Source of the DNA: Lingula anatina
Lineage: Eukaryota; Animalia; Brachiopoda
Length of the DNA: 64,000 nucleotides
Assembly: GCA_051362555.1 (NCBI GenBank)
Contig: CM120648.1
Location: 1,279,721 to 1,343,720, forward strand
Direction of reading: 5' to 3'
Positions 24,295-37,300 of this stretch are shown here, piece after piece. A program made the position numbers and the translations under genes. Within the stretch, counting starts at the first letter, position 1. Each line of letters opens with the position of its first letter. The notes beneath the pieces are model-generated. The model saw nothing but the letters and a program-made list of their open reading frames with translations. It made no database searches and was not told the DNA's origin.

Positions 24295-27200
24295 ATGTAA
24301 GTATGGATCACTTTAAATAAGTACTCGTCAACCTGATGTTGATATTTGTTAAGTCGAGAAAATACTTTATGAGTAGAAATTAGACGCCGAGTCCGTCGTT
24401 GCAACCGAATGTCAGTCGATCATCGATCAAAATATTGTCAACACGACGAAAAGATTTATATCTTCCATTTGATTTGCCTGCATTTTAAAAGTGACATTGC
24501 CATGGTAGTTGAATATTTGTCCGTCAGATATCCCAGCTCATAGTTCAGACCGTTAGTCGAATTGTCAGTTATTTTGTCATGTCACGAAAACCACATATAT
24601 CTACTATTATTAAATGCAGGAAGTGAGGGTCGTGTATAATGAAATGGCGAATTTATCGACTTTTTTCAACAGCCAATATATCGTTTTGCAATGGTTTCAT
24701 GTTGAACAAAGTTTCTTTCTGAAAGAAATGACCCACTTTTCAAGTAACCCATTCAGTCTACAAGTGGATTGCATGATGACCCTATGCATGTGATGCATGC
24801 ATGTATGATTCATTGTGTAAATAAATACAATCAGTTTATTAAAAGTTTATGCAAGGTCACTGTGTTGTTGGCCTTGGAAAAAAGTGATACACAGTGGGAG
24901 AGTGAGAGCTCCACTTCCTAGTGCCTGGCTCCCAGTCATTTTAGAACTGATGGACTTGTGGCACAGTGGAAGAAATATTGTATAATGAAAGTATAAGTTG
25001 CTCCTGAAGTATGACAATTTTGTTTTCTTTCTTTCTTTATACTCATATGTAACTGTGTTTTATTTATGTATATATAAATGAAACTAAATGTGCCGAAGTA
25101 TTTGTGTCGAACATATTCACAAATACTGGTGGAATCATTATATATTTATATTGCATACATACTGGTACCGTACATATGAAGCCATTTTCACACCAACTGC
25201 AGGAAGGTCCTGTGAGTATTCTCAATTGTTTCTAAAATGAGATTGTCATTGGCTCCAAAGGTTGTACTTGTAGAACTCCCATGTGGCATTTTCACCCATG
25301 ATAGTGTGAGACAGTCAGAGTTTTAAAAGGGTGATTTTTCATTATCAACTCTATGTCAACTCTATTAACTTAAACTGTGAATGAAGGTGAACAATGCCAA
25401 ATGGTTTGAAGCTCGCCCAAATTTATAACATTTTTGTTTGTTAAAAGCTCTCTTAAATATATGGGAAGAGACTAGTCAAAAGGCATGATATTGAAGAGTT
25501 AATCAATTTATCATCCCACATTAGGAAGCAAAATATCCTTCTTTATATATATATTGTCCAGTTTGTTTTTTCTCCCTTTGGTGTACACCATAGTCACCTA
25601 CGAATTACGAACTTGGTTGTTAAGTTTAATTTCTTTAAATACACTGTAGAAAGTAAAACTAGATCAGATGGAAATTAATTAATGGCAGATAAATATAGTT
25701 TATGCCAATAAGATTATTTTTGATGGAAACTGAAAATAATTAACTTGGAAATTCAAAGTATCAAATGCATGAAAATAAGGTGTCTGAAATTTGAGAGTCA
25801 TACTTGTGTGGAAATGCTATTGATTGATCAGAGGCTATAAGACGCATTGCAAGGCAGCTCTTGATCAATAATTTATGTTAATGAGGTCAATTTGATACCA
25901 GAGTTAGAATATTGATTGAAGAAAGTGGTGTCATGCAGTTTAGCTGATCTATTCAGAATGGGAGAGATGCAGCATTCAATTTCAGACATAAAAAATGCTT
26001 TAATAGCTTTGATATAAGGGCTTCCCTGGTATTGAACTCAGGAAAATTGGATTTATGGTTAATGTGCTGTCTATTATTGAAAAAAAGGCTTTGCACTGAC
26101 ATGTACCAACCATATTGTAAGTGTGAAAATCGAGCAGGAAGTGAAGCAGGTTGTTTGAAGCACACCATCCTAAGAAAGGGCTTTTTTTGACATTGCAAAA
26201 ATTTTAATTTTGATTAAGAAGTTATCATAAGGCAAAAAAGCTGTGTATTTGATATATGCATTTACCCATAACTTTGAGACCACACGGGGAGCTCATGTTG
26301 ACAAGAGTTTTCAAAGTAAAAGGAAAGTTAACTAATGCATTTAATAAAAATGATTGATTGACTAAATAAATAAATAAAGTGATATCATACAATTTGAATT
26401 TTGGAAAAATAAGACTGTTGTAACTGACTTTTTGGCAATAAAGGGAATTGATAAGGCAACAAAAAGGGTTTTGGATGGAGTAATTTACAGAAAGAAATTG
26501 ACATACAAGTGTTGAATGTTAATATTACAGTGTTCAGTATAATGTTGATGATTTCATTGCATGCAACCACAGGGCTGCACCAAACCCTGAGACACCAGGT
26601 GGCCCTCCGTAAGTCCTCAGGCCAAGACAGGCCTGTCCAGTGTTTTTCTGCTTACTTGTTTCAATATTTTTTCTGAACTTTAGTTTTGACTTTGGTCAGC
26701 AGTGAACATTTTTCTGTAGAGGTCTGATTTCTTAATTATTTTTTAATTTGGTATAAAATAATCCATTTATTTCTGTTTGTGTGTGCAAATATTATTTATT
26801 ATTGATCATTGATTGTTATTGACTTTTAAGCAATTCCAGAAAGTTCTTCACAATATTTCGTGATATATTTGAGAAAAATTAAATTAACATTTTTGAAAGC
26901 AATCTTGTGTGTTAAAGTTGTGTTCATATTAAAAAGATTGAATTATTATAATTTACAGTTTGATTTTTGTTATTACTATAGTTATCACAGAAATATTGCT
27001 TCCCGTATGTTTTAGTTTTATACTTTCTTTCATAAATATTTGCAATAATGGCAGTTACTTAGGAAAGGTTATGGCCGTGTGCACATTAAGTGTTTATTTA
27101 CTTTTTTCCATGATTTCTATGGTTTGTAAATAAACTTTGTAGTACTGCACTTTTTATTGTATATAGTATATTTCATAATTAAGTGAATATTTGAAATATT

Positions 27201-30200
27201 CTTAAAATGTCAAATGGTAAAATGCACATTATTAAAGTATGAAGCATCACTAAATTAATTTATAATTTAAAGTGCAAAAAATCTAAATTTTCAAAGCTAT
27301 ATTAATGCCTTAATAGTTATATTTGTGTTTAGCAGAATGCTGTTGTTTCCTCTTCTCAAATTTTGTGTTTATGGATCTGTATAACTAAAGGAACTGCACA
27401 ACCCAGATATCTGTTTGACCTATTTACATGACCTTGATCCATTGTATGTTTTATGTATAAATATTGACCACTAGTGGGTCAGGGTAAGTATCATGACCTA
27501 CACACTATATTGTTTGGCCTTGACCTTTCTGTGACCCTGACCTTTGGTAACCTTGACCTTTTTGTGTTATGTAGGTCAGCAGCTGGTGGGCCAGGGGGAC
27601 CTCCGGGACCTGCACAGCCCAGCAAGAAATTACAGCAAACACAGGCTCAGGTTGATGAGGTAAGTGGATTTCAAAGTGGCTCTGTGACTGACTATTGATG
27701 TGCTCAGTGAGAGGAGCACTGTCATAATTCAATCACACAAAAGATTCAAGTACTTGACTGTAAATTGTAGAGAGTCTATAACATAATGTACTGTGGTGTA
27801 AAAATTGAAAATCCACTGTACGTATTTGCAATACATAGAGGTAATTTTTTTTGGCTTGTTTTTATAGAGAAATGTTGCCGATTAAATTTCCATTATAGTT
27901 GATGTATGTATGAAATTGTATGATCGTAACTGGAGATTGTTTTCAGGTAATGGCAAGGACCAGGAAAGCAGATATATTTCTTCCCCTGCTTGCTGGTATA
28001 GCTAATAAATTAACCATATGAAGTATATTTCTCCAATGGTACAGTACCATACTGATGAAGAGAAGTGGCTGACAACAAGCCCTTTCATACTCCTTTTGCC
28101 TTGACTTTATATAATATTTTTATTGTCAGTATTACATTGACTTTCTCATTGTTTTAAGGTAACGACGTCATCTTTCTTGAAAAATGTTTTATCCGATAAT
28201 GCAGCCGGACTCTGTATACCCCCCACCCTCACTTGATACCTCTTGTAACCCCACCTCTAAGATACCACAACAAGGGGATTTTCTTAATTACAAAGAAAAA
28301 AAGATTAAATGTGTGGGGTGATTTGTTCGGAGTGATTCAATGTCAACCGTATGAATGCCAGATCTGCAAAATAATGCCTTAAATTTGTAATAAACATGAC
28401 AAAATTTCACATTGTTTAATTTGGAGACATTGTTCCATTGATGATACATTTGGATTCAGTTATGATCCTGTCATGGAACTCTCCCCTCACCCCCACAAAT
28501 GTTAGCTTTTAAATGTCTTGTATCTGTAGCCAGGGCCGTAGCCTCAGGGGGGGCAGCTGCCCCCCCTGGGATTTGAGGCGCAAATATGGCAAAATGGCAA
28601 AATGAACCCACAATTTTTGACTTCTGATTGAGCAATAAATAACAGTTAAAATGCACTAGAATGCAGTATTATACATACAGTTTTTTAAAAATTTTCCACA
28701 CCCACCCCACCCCCTCGGGGGCTTTGCCCCCTCGTGTCCGCTTACTGCCCCCCCTGGCATTTTGCTCAGGCTACGGCCCTGGTAGCTATAATGTTAGGAA
28801 ACCTGTGCCCTAGTATTTGAGCGCGCCAACGTAACTTTTCCCATGTATTCTCAGGTAGTTGATATCATGCGAGTAAACGTGGAGAAAGTATTGGAGCGTG
28901 ACCAGAAATTGTCCGAACTTGACGGGCGTGCAGGTAACGGAACAATGATCGTCGTCTTCATCGTCACCCTTGGGCCTTGGCAGCCATTTTGATTGGCCAA
29001 TCGATGGTTATTTTTTGTCAACTTGAAACTTTTCTGTTTAGGCAAACTAAACTGATTGAAAAGCTGGGCATGACTGATTATTATCAGCATCATTGTTAAT
29101 GTGAATGTTGTATTTTTTGCTATTTGATCATGCATGTGCTGATTTATTTGTTGTATTGTTTATGTTCCGTACAGGATATTTACACTGTGGACTCCATTAT
29201 CTTTCAGCATCATGCTTTTCTTCAGTATCGGTGATGGGGAATTGTTCAAGTGTCAAGGAGCTGCAGTCTGAAAAAACTCCTCATAAAAATATCTCGCAGT
29301 TTCTCAAAAGTCAATTTCTCACAATGGATGACTATCAAAATTTATGAGACTGGTACAAAATTTCGAAAAATTACCTTTAAAGAAGGTAGCCCTTTGACAC
29401 TTGACAAGAAGGTAAACCATTGGTATCTCATTTCATTATTCAGTTTCTCATTTGTTGTTCTCATCTTTTTCTTCTCATCATCCGTACCTAGGTTGTGGAG
29501 ATTATGCGGGTCAATGTGGAAAAAGTTTTAGAGCGCGATCAAAAGTTAACGCAGTTAGATGAGCGAGCAGGTAATACGAGTGGACTGCTGGTCTGGCTCT
29601 CTTTTGTTGAAGGGAGAGCATTTGTAGATCTTGACCATCGCCTTTGCATTCATCTCTCTTTTCTTTTTTTATGCATCTTTTTTTCCTTTCTTACAGTTTC
29701 ATATGTTTGGACGGGCAAATTCAAACTGTTCAAGCACATTCGCAGTGATGTAGTTAAAACGCATTGCTCCTCAAAACATACTTTCATTATTTTCTGATAT
29801 GTTTTACATCATTCACTTTTTTTATTTAGCCTTTTTCATCACATTTGAAACACTTATTTTTCCTAGCCTGTGAAGTGAAACAATTTTATACAAAACCATA
29901 TCTGCTGAACACCGATTTCAAATCATTATCATATTCATCATCATGACATTTGTCCTTCACCTTATGCAAGTGACCTTGACCTTGTGCACTTGACTCTGAT
30001 TTGTGATTGGTTTATTTGTGGTTACAGAGAAGCCACCTGGTGATGCAGATCAAGAATCAGTTCTTTTTTCTCTTGTTTGATATTGAGTTGATAACTTTTT
30101 TTCGGTTTTTATGTTGCATTTCTTTCTTTATTGTTTTGTCTATCTTTTCTTAGGTTGTAGATATTATGCGCGTTAATGTGGAAAAAGTTTTAGAACGTGA

Positions 30201-33200
30201 TCAAAAGTTGTCACAGTTAGACGAACGAGCAGGTAAATCTAACTTAAGGCTTCCTTTGAGCTTTCATTGTGTTTTGATACTGTGTTTACACAAAAAAGTA
30301 TTTGGTCTTGTATTTTTAATCTATTTTTGAAAAATCTAGACTAGAATTGTCATTGACATGATTATTACATGAATCTCACAATCAAATTTTACTTGCTTAG
30401 AACCTAGTTTGTACCTAAAATAGACCAATTGTGTGAACGCAAAATTTATCTTCTTAATGTTGCTCGTAATTTTATGCTTGAAAGTTTAACATTTAAGATG
30501 ACAGTAAATGTTGTTTTTTTCGTCTTGTAATTATTAAAACTTACATAAGATACATTCTCTTTTAAATTTTATTTTATTATATTGTAATTCAGTCTTAAAG
30601 ATTTAAGTGATTTAAATATTAGAATTTCTGTTATAAAGATGTTACCCTTTATGAATAACTGATGATTACTAATAGCTTTTAGATTAATATCTTTTACATT
30701 ACTTGAATAAAGCAGAATTGATTAACTGTTTGAATTGCACTGTTAAACCCTGTATTTAAAAAGCACTGCATAGCCTTTGCAAATGATGAGTTAATCTGCT
30801 TCTTTTGGAAGACCACAGTTTAATGATGATGTCAATTAAACAAAAAAAAAAAAAGGAAAAAAAAAGGAAATGAATAGAATTTGTTTGTTTTGCTTCAATT
30901 TAATGAAGCGTAACTTTTGGCATGTCATGCATATTCCATAGACTTTAAAATCCTAAATGCGCCCTTATAGAAATGGTCATGGCATAGTCCCCTGTACATT
31001 ATATTGCCATTTGGTCGTTTAAAAGTATGTATTAGTTATCATCTATATGTAGGCTGAAGTAAATATCTTCTATTGGAGTTGCTGACTTTTGACCAAGACA
31101 CTGCTGCTCACGACTCGTATTTGACAAACTCTTGAATATACCATCTCTTAATGATGATGATGACTGGTCGGTCCAATGTAGACATTGGTTTCAGAAAAAT
31201 AAACAGAAATTACTCTACCGTAGGTCACCCAAGTGATGACCTCGGTGTTGTGTAAATATTCTCACTGAACCTCTGTGAAGAAATAATATAGAAAACTATT
31301 TGTTTCAAAGTTTGTGTCAATACCCGATTTGAGGACGAAATTGGAAATGTGCAGTGTGGAAATGATGATTTACTTGAGCCTATATCTCTGAATACACCAA
31401 CAGCTTACCAATGCTATACTCATAAATAATATACCATTTAGAGCAGAAAGTTTCCAGTTGAAGCACACTTCAATGTTGCCTTAGGAATTTTATATATTAT
31501 GTATATTATATATTGCACTGTATGTTGTTGGGTTATCTTCCATTTGTATACTATGGTATTGGCACTATGCATTGTTTTTTTTTAATTTCAAATTGATTCT
31601 TAAATTCTACAAAAAGCATAGGATTTGAAAATGACAATTTTCTGATGATGGTTCCACACATGAAAATATCAGATTGGTGTTTCTAAAAAAATGGAGCAAC
31701 CAAATCTCTGCAAATTCAATCGTTTTGTGGCTTCTTACTGCAGTAACTGTTGTATATGCTATGGTTTGGGCTCTAGCATGCAATGGGGCAGAATTTTTAT
31801 TGTACGGGTACTGTTACAGTAGCCACACTGACATATAGAAAATGGAGAAGTCGCATGGAAACTTTCTGCTTTGAAAAATTCATTATTAAAAACAGAAAAA
31901 TAAATGATCAGATGGGTCAACCTCTGCGAAAATTTGTTTCATTTAAAGTTCACTTACGGTTCTCAATCTATTCTAGAGCATTTGGTGTATTTTTTTACAG
32001 TTCTAATGTCGTTCTGTAACGAATTAAACAGTTCGAGAACTGTTTTTGGGAAGTCCTTCAGAATGTCCTAGAACAGATTCAGAATATTTTTTCAACAAAA
32101 AAAAAAAAAACAAAAAAACATTACATTCTTGGACAGATTGAGAACTGTAGGTAAGTGAGCGTTAAACGAGACCAATTTTTGCAGGGGTCAAAATGCTGCT
32201 AATGATCTAATTGCATTGCACTCTCCCTCCTACCTTCTCAGATGCACTGCAGGCAGGAGCATCCCAGTTTGAGGCTAGCGCTGGCAAACTTAAAAACAAG
32301 TATTGGTGGAAGAACTGCAAGGTAGACAGAGCTGCTACCTATATATCTGGTTGCTTCTATATATAGATAGCTACTGCCATTTTTACTGTTGGTTGCTTCT
32401 TGTAAGCTGCTGCCACCTACAGTTGGTTGCTGCTTCTTAGCTAGAGGCAGCTGCTGCCACCTACAGTTGGTGGTTGCTTTTTGGAGGGCTTCCTCTGTCT
32501 CCGGCTTTCACTTAGTTTTGCCTTTACTTTGGTTTCTAACAATGATAATGTCTGCTTCCAAGGTGAATATGTATTAAAGAAATTTTAGGAGAAAAACAGA
32601 TAATAGATACAAAAATATTCTTTCTTTTGGTGAAATCTTTCCATACATGTGTTTTGGAAATGAAACGATGATCCTTTTGATAGACTGGAAGCAGATGGTG
32701 CCTTCTTATTTGACTTAAGTTTCAGGCTTGTGCAAATTTCAGTCTCTGCTTCAGTGCATGTTATTTTAGTTCCCTTCTTACTCTGTTGTGTGTGCCCAAA
32801 TAATTTGAATTTTATTTTAGGTTATTTTTGTGTATATGTGGAACAGTTTAGTACAATGGCATTGCATTTTATAGTGTTCAAGGGGAAACATAGACATAAA
32901 GAAAAAAATAAGACTTAAAAATATGATTAACCAAAAAATTGCTTCATGGTACTTGAAAAGAAATATGCCTTGTGCTGCTATGTGAAAGAGAGGTATATTG
33001 GTGTGGTAATATGGCAAAAATGACGGATTATACTTATTAGTGGGTGTTTTAGGTGATCAAAAGTTTAAGGAAACTGTTCTGTCCTCTATTTGCAATTTCC
33101 CTGTGAACACATAATGCATTGTACCATACTGCTGGACTGCAGCGACATACAAGGTTTGGCCTCTCCTTCTGTGTAAAAACCATTTAGTTCATTACCTGTT

Positions 33201-34262
33201 CATTTATTTTTTTCCTTTTTAATAGAACAACTTCAAGTGGGTGCCCAACAGTTTGAGAGCAGCGCTGGCCGCTTGAAGCGAAAATATTGGTGGCAAAACT
33301 GCAAGGTTCAATATTTGAAGTTGCTTTCTTTTTTTCTTTCATCTTTTCTTTCTTTCTTTGTCCTTAATTTAGAGCAGCTTAACGTAGCATTACAACAACA
33401 TTGTATCAGGTTTATGTAGTCTGTGGCTGAGGGCATGGTTGTTATTCTCAAACTCCTAATGCAGCTTTAATTTGGAACATTTTATTGTTTCATGGAACTC
33501 TTAAACCTATTGCCAAGTCACTTATACAGATCTAGAGCTCTTGGGGGGTTGAACACACTTGTTGTAATGGTATTCTAAGCCAAGCTCTCCATGTCTGTTT
33601 GGCATATATATCTGGGTTGCAAAAAAAGTTGTGAAATGCAAATATTTACATGTAATATTACTGAAGAGCAATACCTCTAGCAGATTCAGGTTAAAATCAT
33701 TGAATTTGTTTTCCATTCACTGTTAAGAAGAAATTGTGCGGATCGTTTTGAAGTTATGAAAAATTTGCCATATTGAGCCTTGTTTGTGTTTCTCACCTTT
33801 TGGAAAGTGTGGTAGCTGAATCTGCCATTTTCTCAGAATTTGTTGCTCATTGGAATGTAAACTTGCATTTGTATTTCAACTGTCTTCTTTTCTGTTAGTT
33901 GTTCATCATAAAAAGCTGAGAAGTCATTGCAGCAGCAGTATCTGTATGAGGTTCTTACAAACTTAATTCTCTCCACAGAAAATTGAAATTAGCATTTAGT
34001 TTGAATATTCTGAGAACATTGATAAAATACCTTGAAAATATCTTAAAATTTCAGATAACTGGAGACTTTGTGTGACAATTATTCACAAATTTCAAAAAGC
34101 ATGTATGCCTAATCTCCCCCCCCCCCCCCCCCTCCAGACTTTAGGTTTTAGTTATTTAAATGAAAAAAATCACAGATTCTCAGAAGACTTTTAAGTGTTT
34201 CTCCCAGGAATTATTTTAGGACCTGCTGCTTCTTGTGATCACCTTTTTATGATGGGCCATTT

Positions 34263-34300
<38 letters not shown>

Positions 34301-37300
34301 GAATAAAGGTGGGGTGGTTATTATTTAATGAATTTAATGATCTTGGGATATCCTCATATGAAGAAGGCTGAATTGGCTGTCTTTTAAAATAAAATTACAT
34401 TTGATTTGTGTTAATTTTTTATATAGCCTGTAAATTAATGCATAGAAATGTACATATTTATGTTTTCATAACTGTTGTTGAGATTGCAAATCAAACCATT
34501 CTGGCCAATATCTTTTATTGATTAGATACAGGTGTATAAATGAAGATTTTAAATCGTAATTTGATCTATTTGTTCCTAGATGATGATAATGATGGGTGGC
34601 GTAATAGCTGTAATTGTAATCATTATTATTGGTAAGACAGGCTTAAATGTTGCCTGCCTGGGCTTAAATAGGCCCTAGCCAGGCATAAATGTGCACTGTA
34701 CGTTCCTCAATGTGCCTCTGTAGTTACTTCCAAGCCAAACTGGTCTTATATGTGCTCTAACCAGTGTTAAATGTCATTTGTGCCCCCTCCCCCTCAGAGT
34801 ATGATAATGATGGGAGTTGTGATAGCTGTTGTGGTTATCATAGTGGGCGGTAAGTTCCAGTCACAAGTACGATCTGATTTTTAGTCACAGATTAACTTGT
34901 GAATGTGTGTGTATGTGTGTGTGCAATTTTGTAGATGTTTTTTCTGTTGGATCTTTTTTAAAAGTTCAGTGTCATTTAAAAGCAATTTCTGTCTGTACCT
35001 GAATAGTTAAGAGGACATAGACTGAGATGAAAGAAGACAGGTTTTAGAATTACATAGTATTTATTTAGGCAAACTAGTCTTGAGGGTGGGCACGTCCAGT
35101 ATATTTGTGGTTCGTCATTGAACAAAAGCCATTGGGATAGCAATTTGAAGTTTGCTATTTTTTTTCCAAAAATGTTGACACTGAACCAAGATGCAACAGT
35201 TTGTGTTTTATTCCCCATTTCAAGGTCTAAAATTTTCAAAATTGGAACGGTTTGAAGATGTGACCACAAACTAAAAAAAAAAAAAAAAAAAAAATCAGCC
35301 TTGAATTGGGGACCATGGAGAGATTTTGAGGGGGAAGGAAGGGAGGGGGGGTAAGCACTGTACATTGCACAGTTCATAACAAATTTATATCATCAGCTCT
35401 CCACTGTATATGTATGTGTGTTATTGTTGTGTCTCTGATTATAGCACTCTTTGATTTGTAGCCATTTGATTCTTTGTTTCATTTCTTTTTACCACTTTCT
35501 TTCAGATGTGGTTAATAATTATAGGTGTTGCAGTGGTTATAATTATTATTATTGTTGGTAAGTCATTAGTTTCAGTTCATATTTATGTTTTGATATTTCA
35601 TGAGTTGTTGAAGAAGCCATCTCTAATGGAATGGGTTGAGATTTTCCCACCTATTGGCAGATTTCTGATTTTTGGAAGCCAAAAATATAATTTTGATATC
35701 AATGGAGATCTGCAATAAAAACTAGGCGGAGGAGGGGGGTGCAGTATATCTGCTCAGAGCAGATTTGTATTAAAACATTAGTGCTGCATTCTCAGTAATC
35801 CCCCTCCCCTCCCCAAGCCAAATTTAAGACATGAGATGGATTCTTTCTTTCTTTTGCTATACTTTTATATTGTTAACTGTACATGACATGTTTGTCTTTG
35901 ATGTAGTGTAAATTTTATCAGCAAGGGTGAGTATTAGATAGTTAAACACTGGCGTGCATGGTGAAATACTTTTGCGTATTCAGATCATATCTAACTTAAA
36001 CTGTTGGTAGTTAAGCTGACATCACCATATAATCAGATGGGGACCATTTTGTTGTCTTATAGAATTAAACCCCATGATAAGGGATTTCCCTTGATGATGA
36101 TGTCAGTTTTTCTGTTTAATTTAGGCCTGTTCTGAATGCGTCTTCAGATTGAGCTTTCTCAATTCAGACACCAAGCTGATTTTGGTAACAAAGAAAATTG
36201 TAAGATACCAGTAAATGAATTCAATTTATATCTTGGCAAATAAAAAATATGTCCAAAATTCAGAAATATGGATTGTGAATTATTTCTCTATACAAAGCAA
36301 TCCCTTTTCAGATGGTGTGTCTGATTTAACAAAGCTTTGATAAAAGCATGATCATATAAATAAAAACATGCATTAATGTCTTTCAAAAGTTGTAAAAAAT
36401 TAATATTTTTCAAAGTTATCAAAGTGCTTATTCAATAACTGTAGTAAAAGTGATACTGTTATCTAAATATAAAGCAATAAAGAATGATTTAGGTTGTTTA
36501 ATAATTAAAAGTAATAGAAAAAAAAAAGATTAAAGTTGTTTGTGTTGTATTTTTAATGTGACCAACTTGGTCTGACCAATCCAACTGACACTGTCATAAT
36601 GTACCAAGGGGGAGCATATATTTTAATAGAAGTGCATTATATTTATTTCATCTTTTCACTTCACTTCAAGACAACTTGATTTATGTAAATGTAATTATAA
36701 TTAATTTGACATTATTTATTATATTTCTTTTCTATTGCGTAGTTTGGTTGTTTTCCCCACAGATTCCAGATGCAGTGCCTCATTTTTACAGTCACTCTGT
36801 TCATTGCATGCTTGCATTTTCTTTAGGGATCCAGCTCGGGATTTGAGCTGAATTATGGCTGCCAAATTAATACTGATAATTTTTTTATCACTGTGGTTAT
36901 CAGAAAATTGTGATGGATGTTGTCTTTCTTCCCTTGTTTGATGATGTGGTTTTTGCATTTTTATTTTAAGTTTTTTGTATTTTTTGTCATTTTAGTGGCT
37001 TGCATTTCTGTTATATTAATCATATATGCTCTGCATGATCTCAGACTTATTCCAGATATATTGCATGATACTTAGTCATTTTCAGTTGCATCTTGTTATC
37101 TCGATGCATTTTGGTCATAACATCGGTTGATTTTAATGTAGGTTTATTTATTGATTTTATAATTTTTTTCCGCCATCACATTTCGGAGCTTATGCTAGTG
37201 TGTATAACTTTAATCAATAGATATTTATAGCATTGAAATCACTGTGATTGAGTTCACAAACCAAAACGCTAGCATGAGATCACAATTTAGGTCATTCACA

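Noticed and set aside
27935-27952. tttcag|gtaat as a recursive splice site
   Set aside because: The intron is only about 1.2 kb, and such AG/GT words are expected by chance.
30028-30080. Cryptic exon after gttacag ([17 protein letters not shown]) between VAMP 3b and 3c
   Set aside because: No clear donor and no similarity to VAMP. It would truncate the SNARE motif, and nothing supports it without RNA data.
28855-35557. Idea that the repeated VAMP exons belong to several tandem VAMP genes
   Set aside because: Only one start exon and one exon 2 exist, and like exons are grouped together rather than interleaved as whole-gene repeats.
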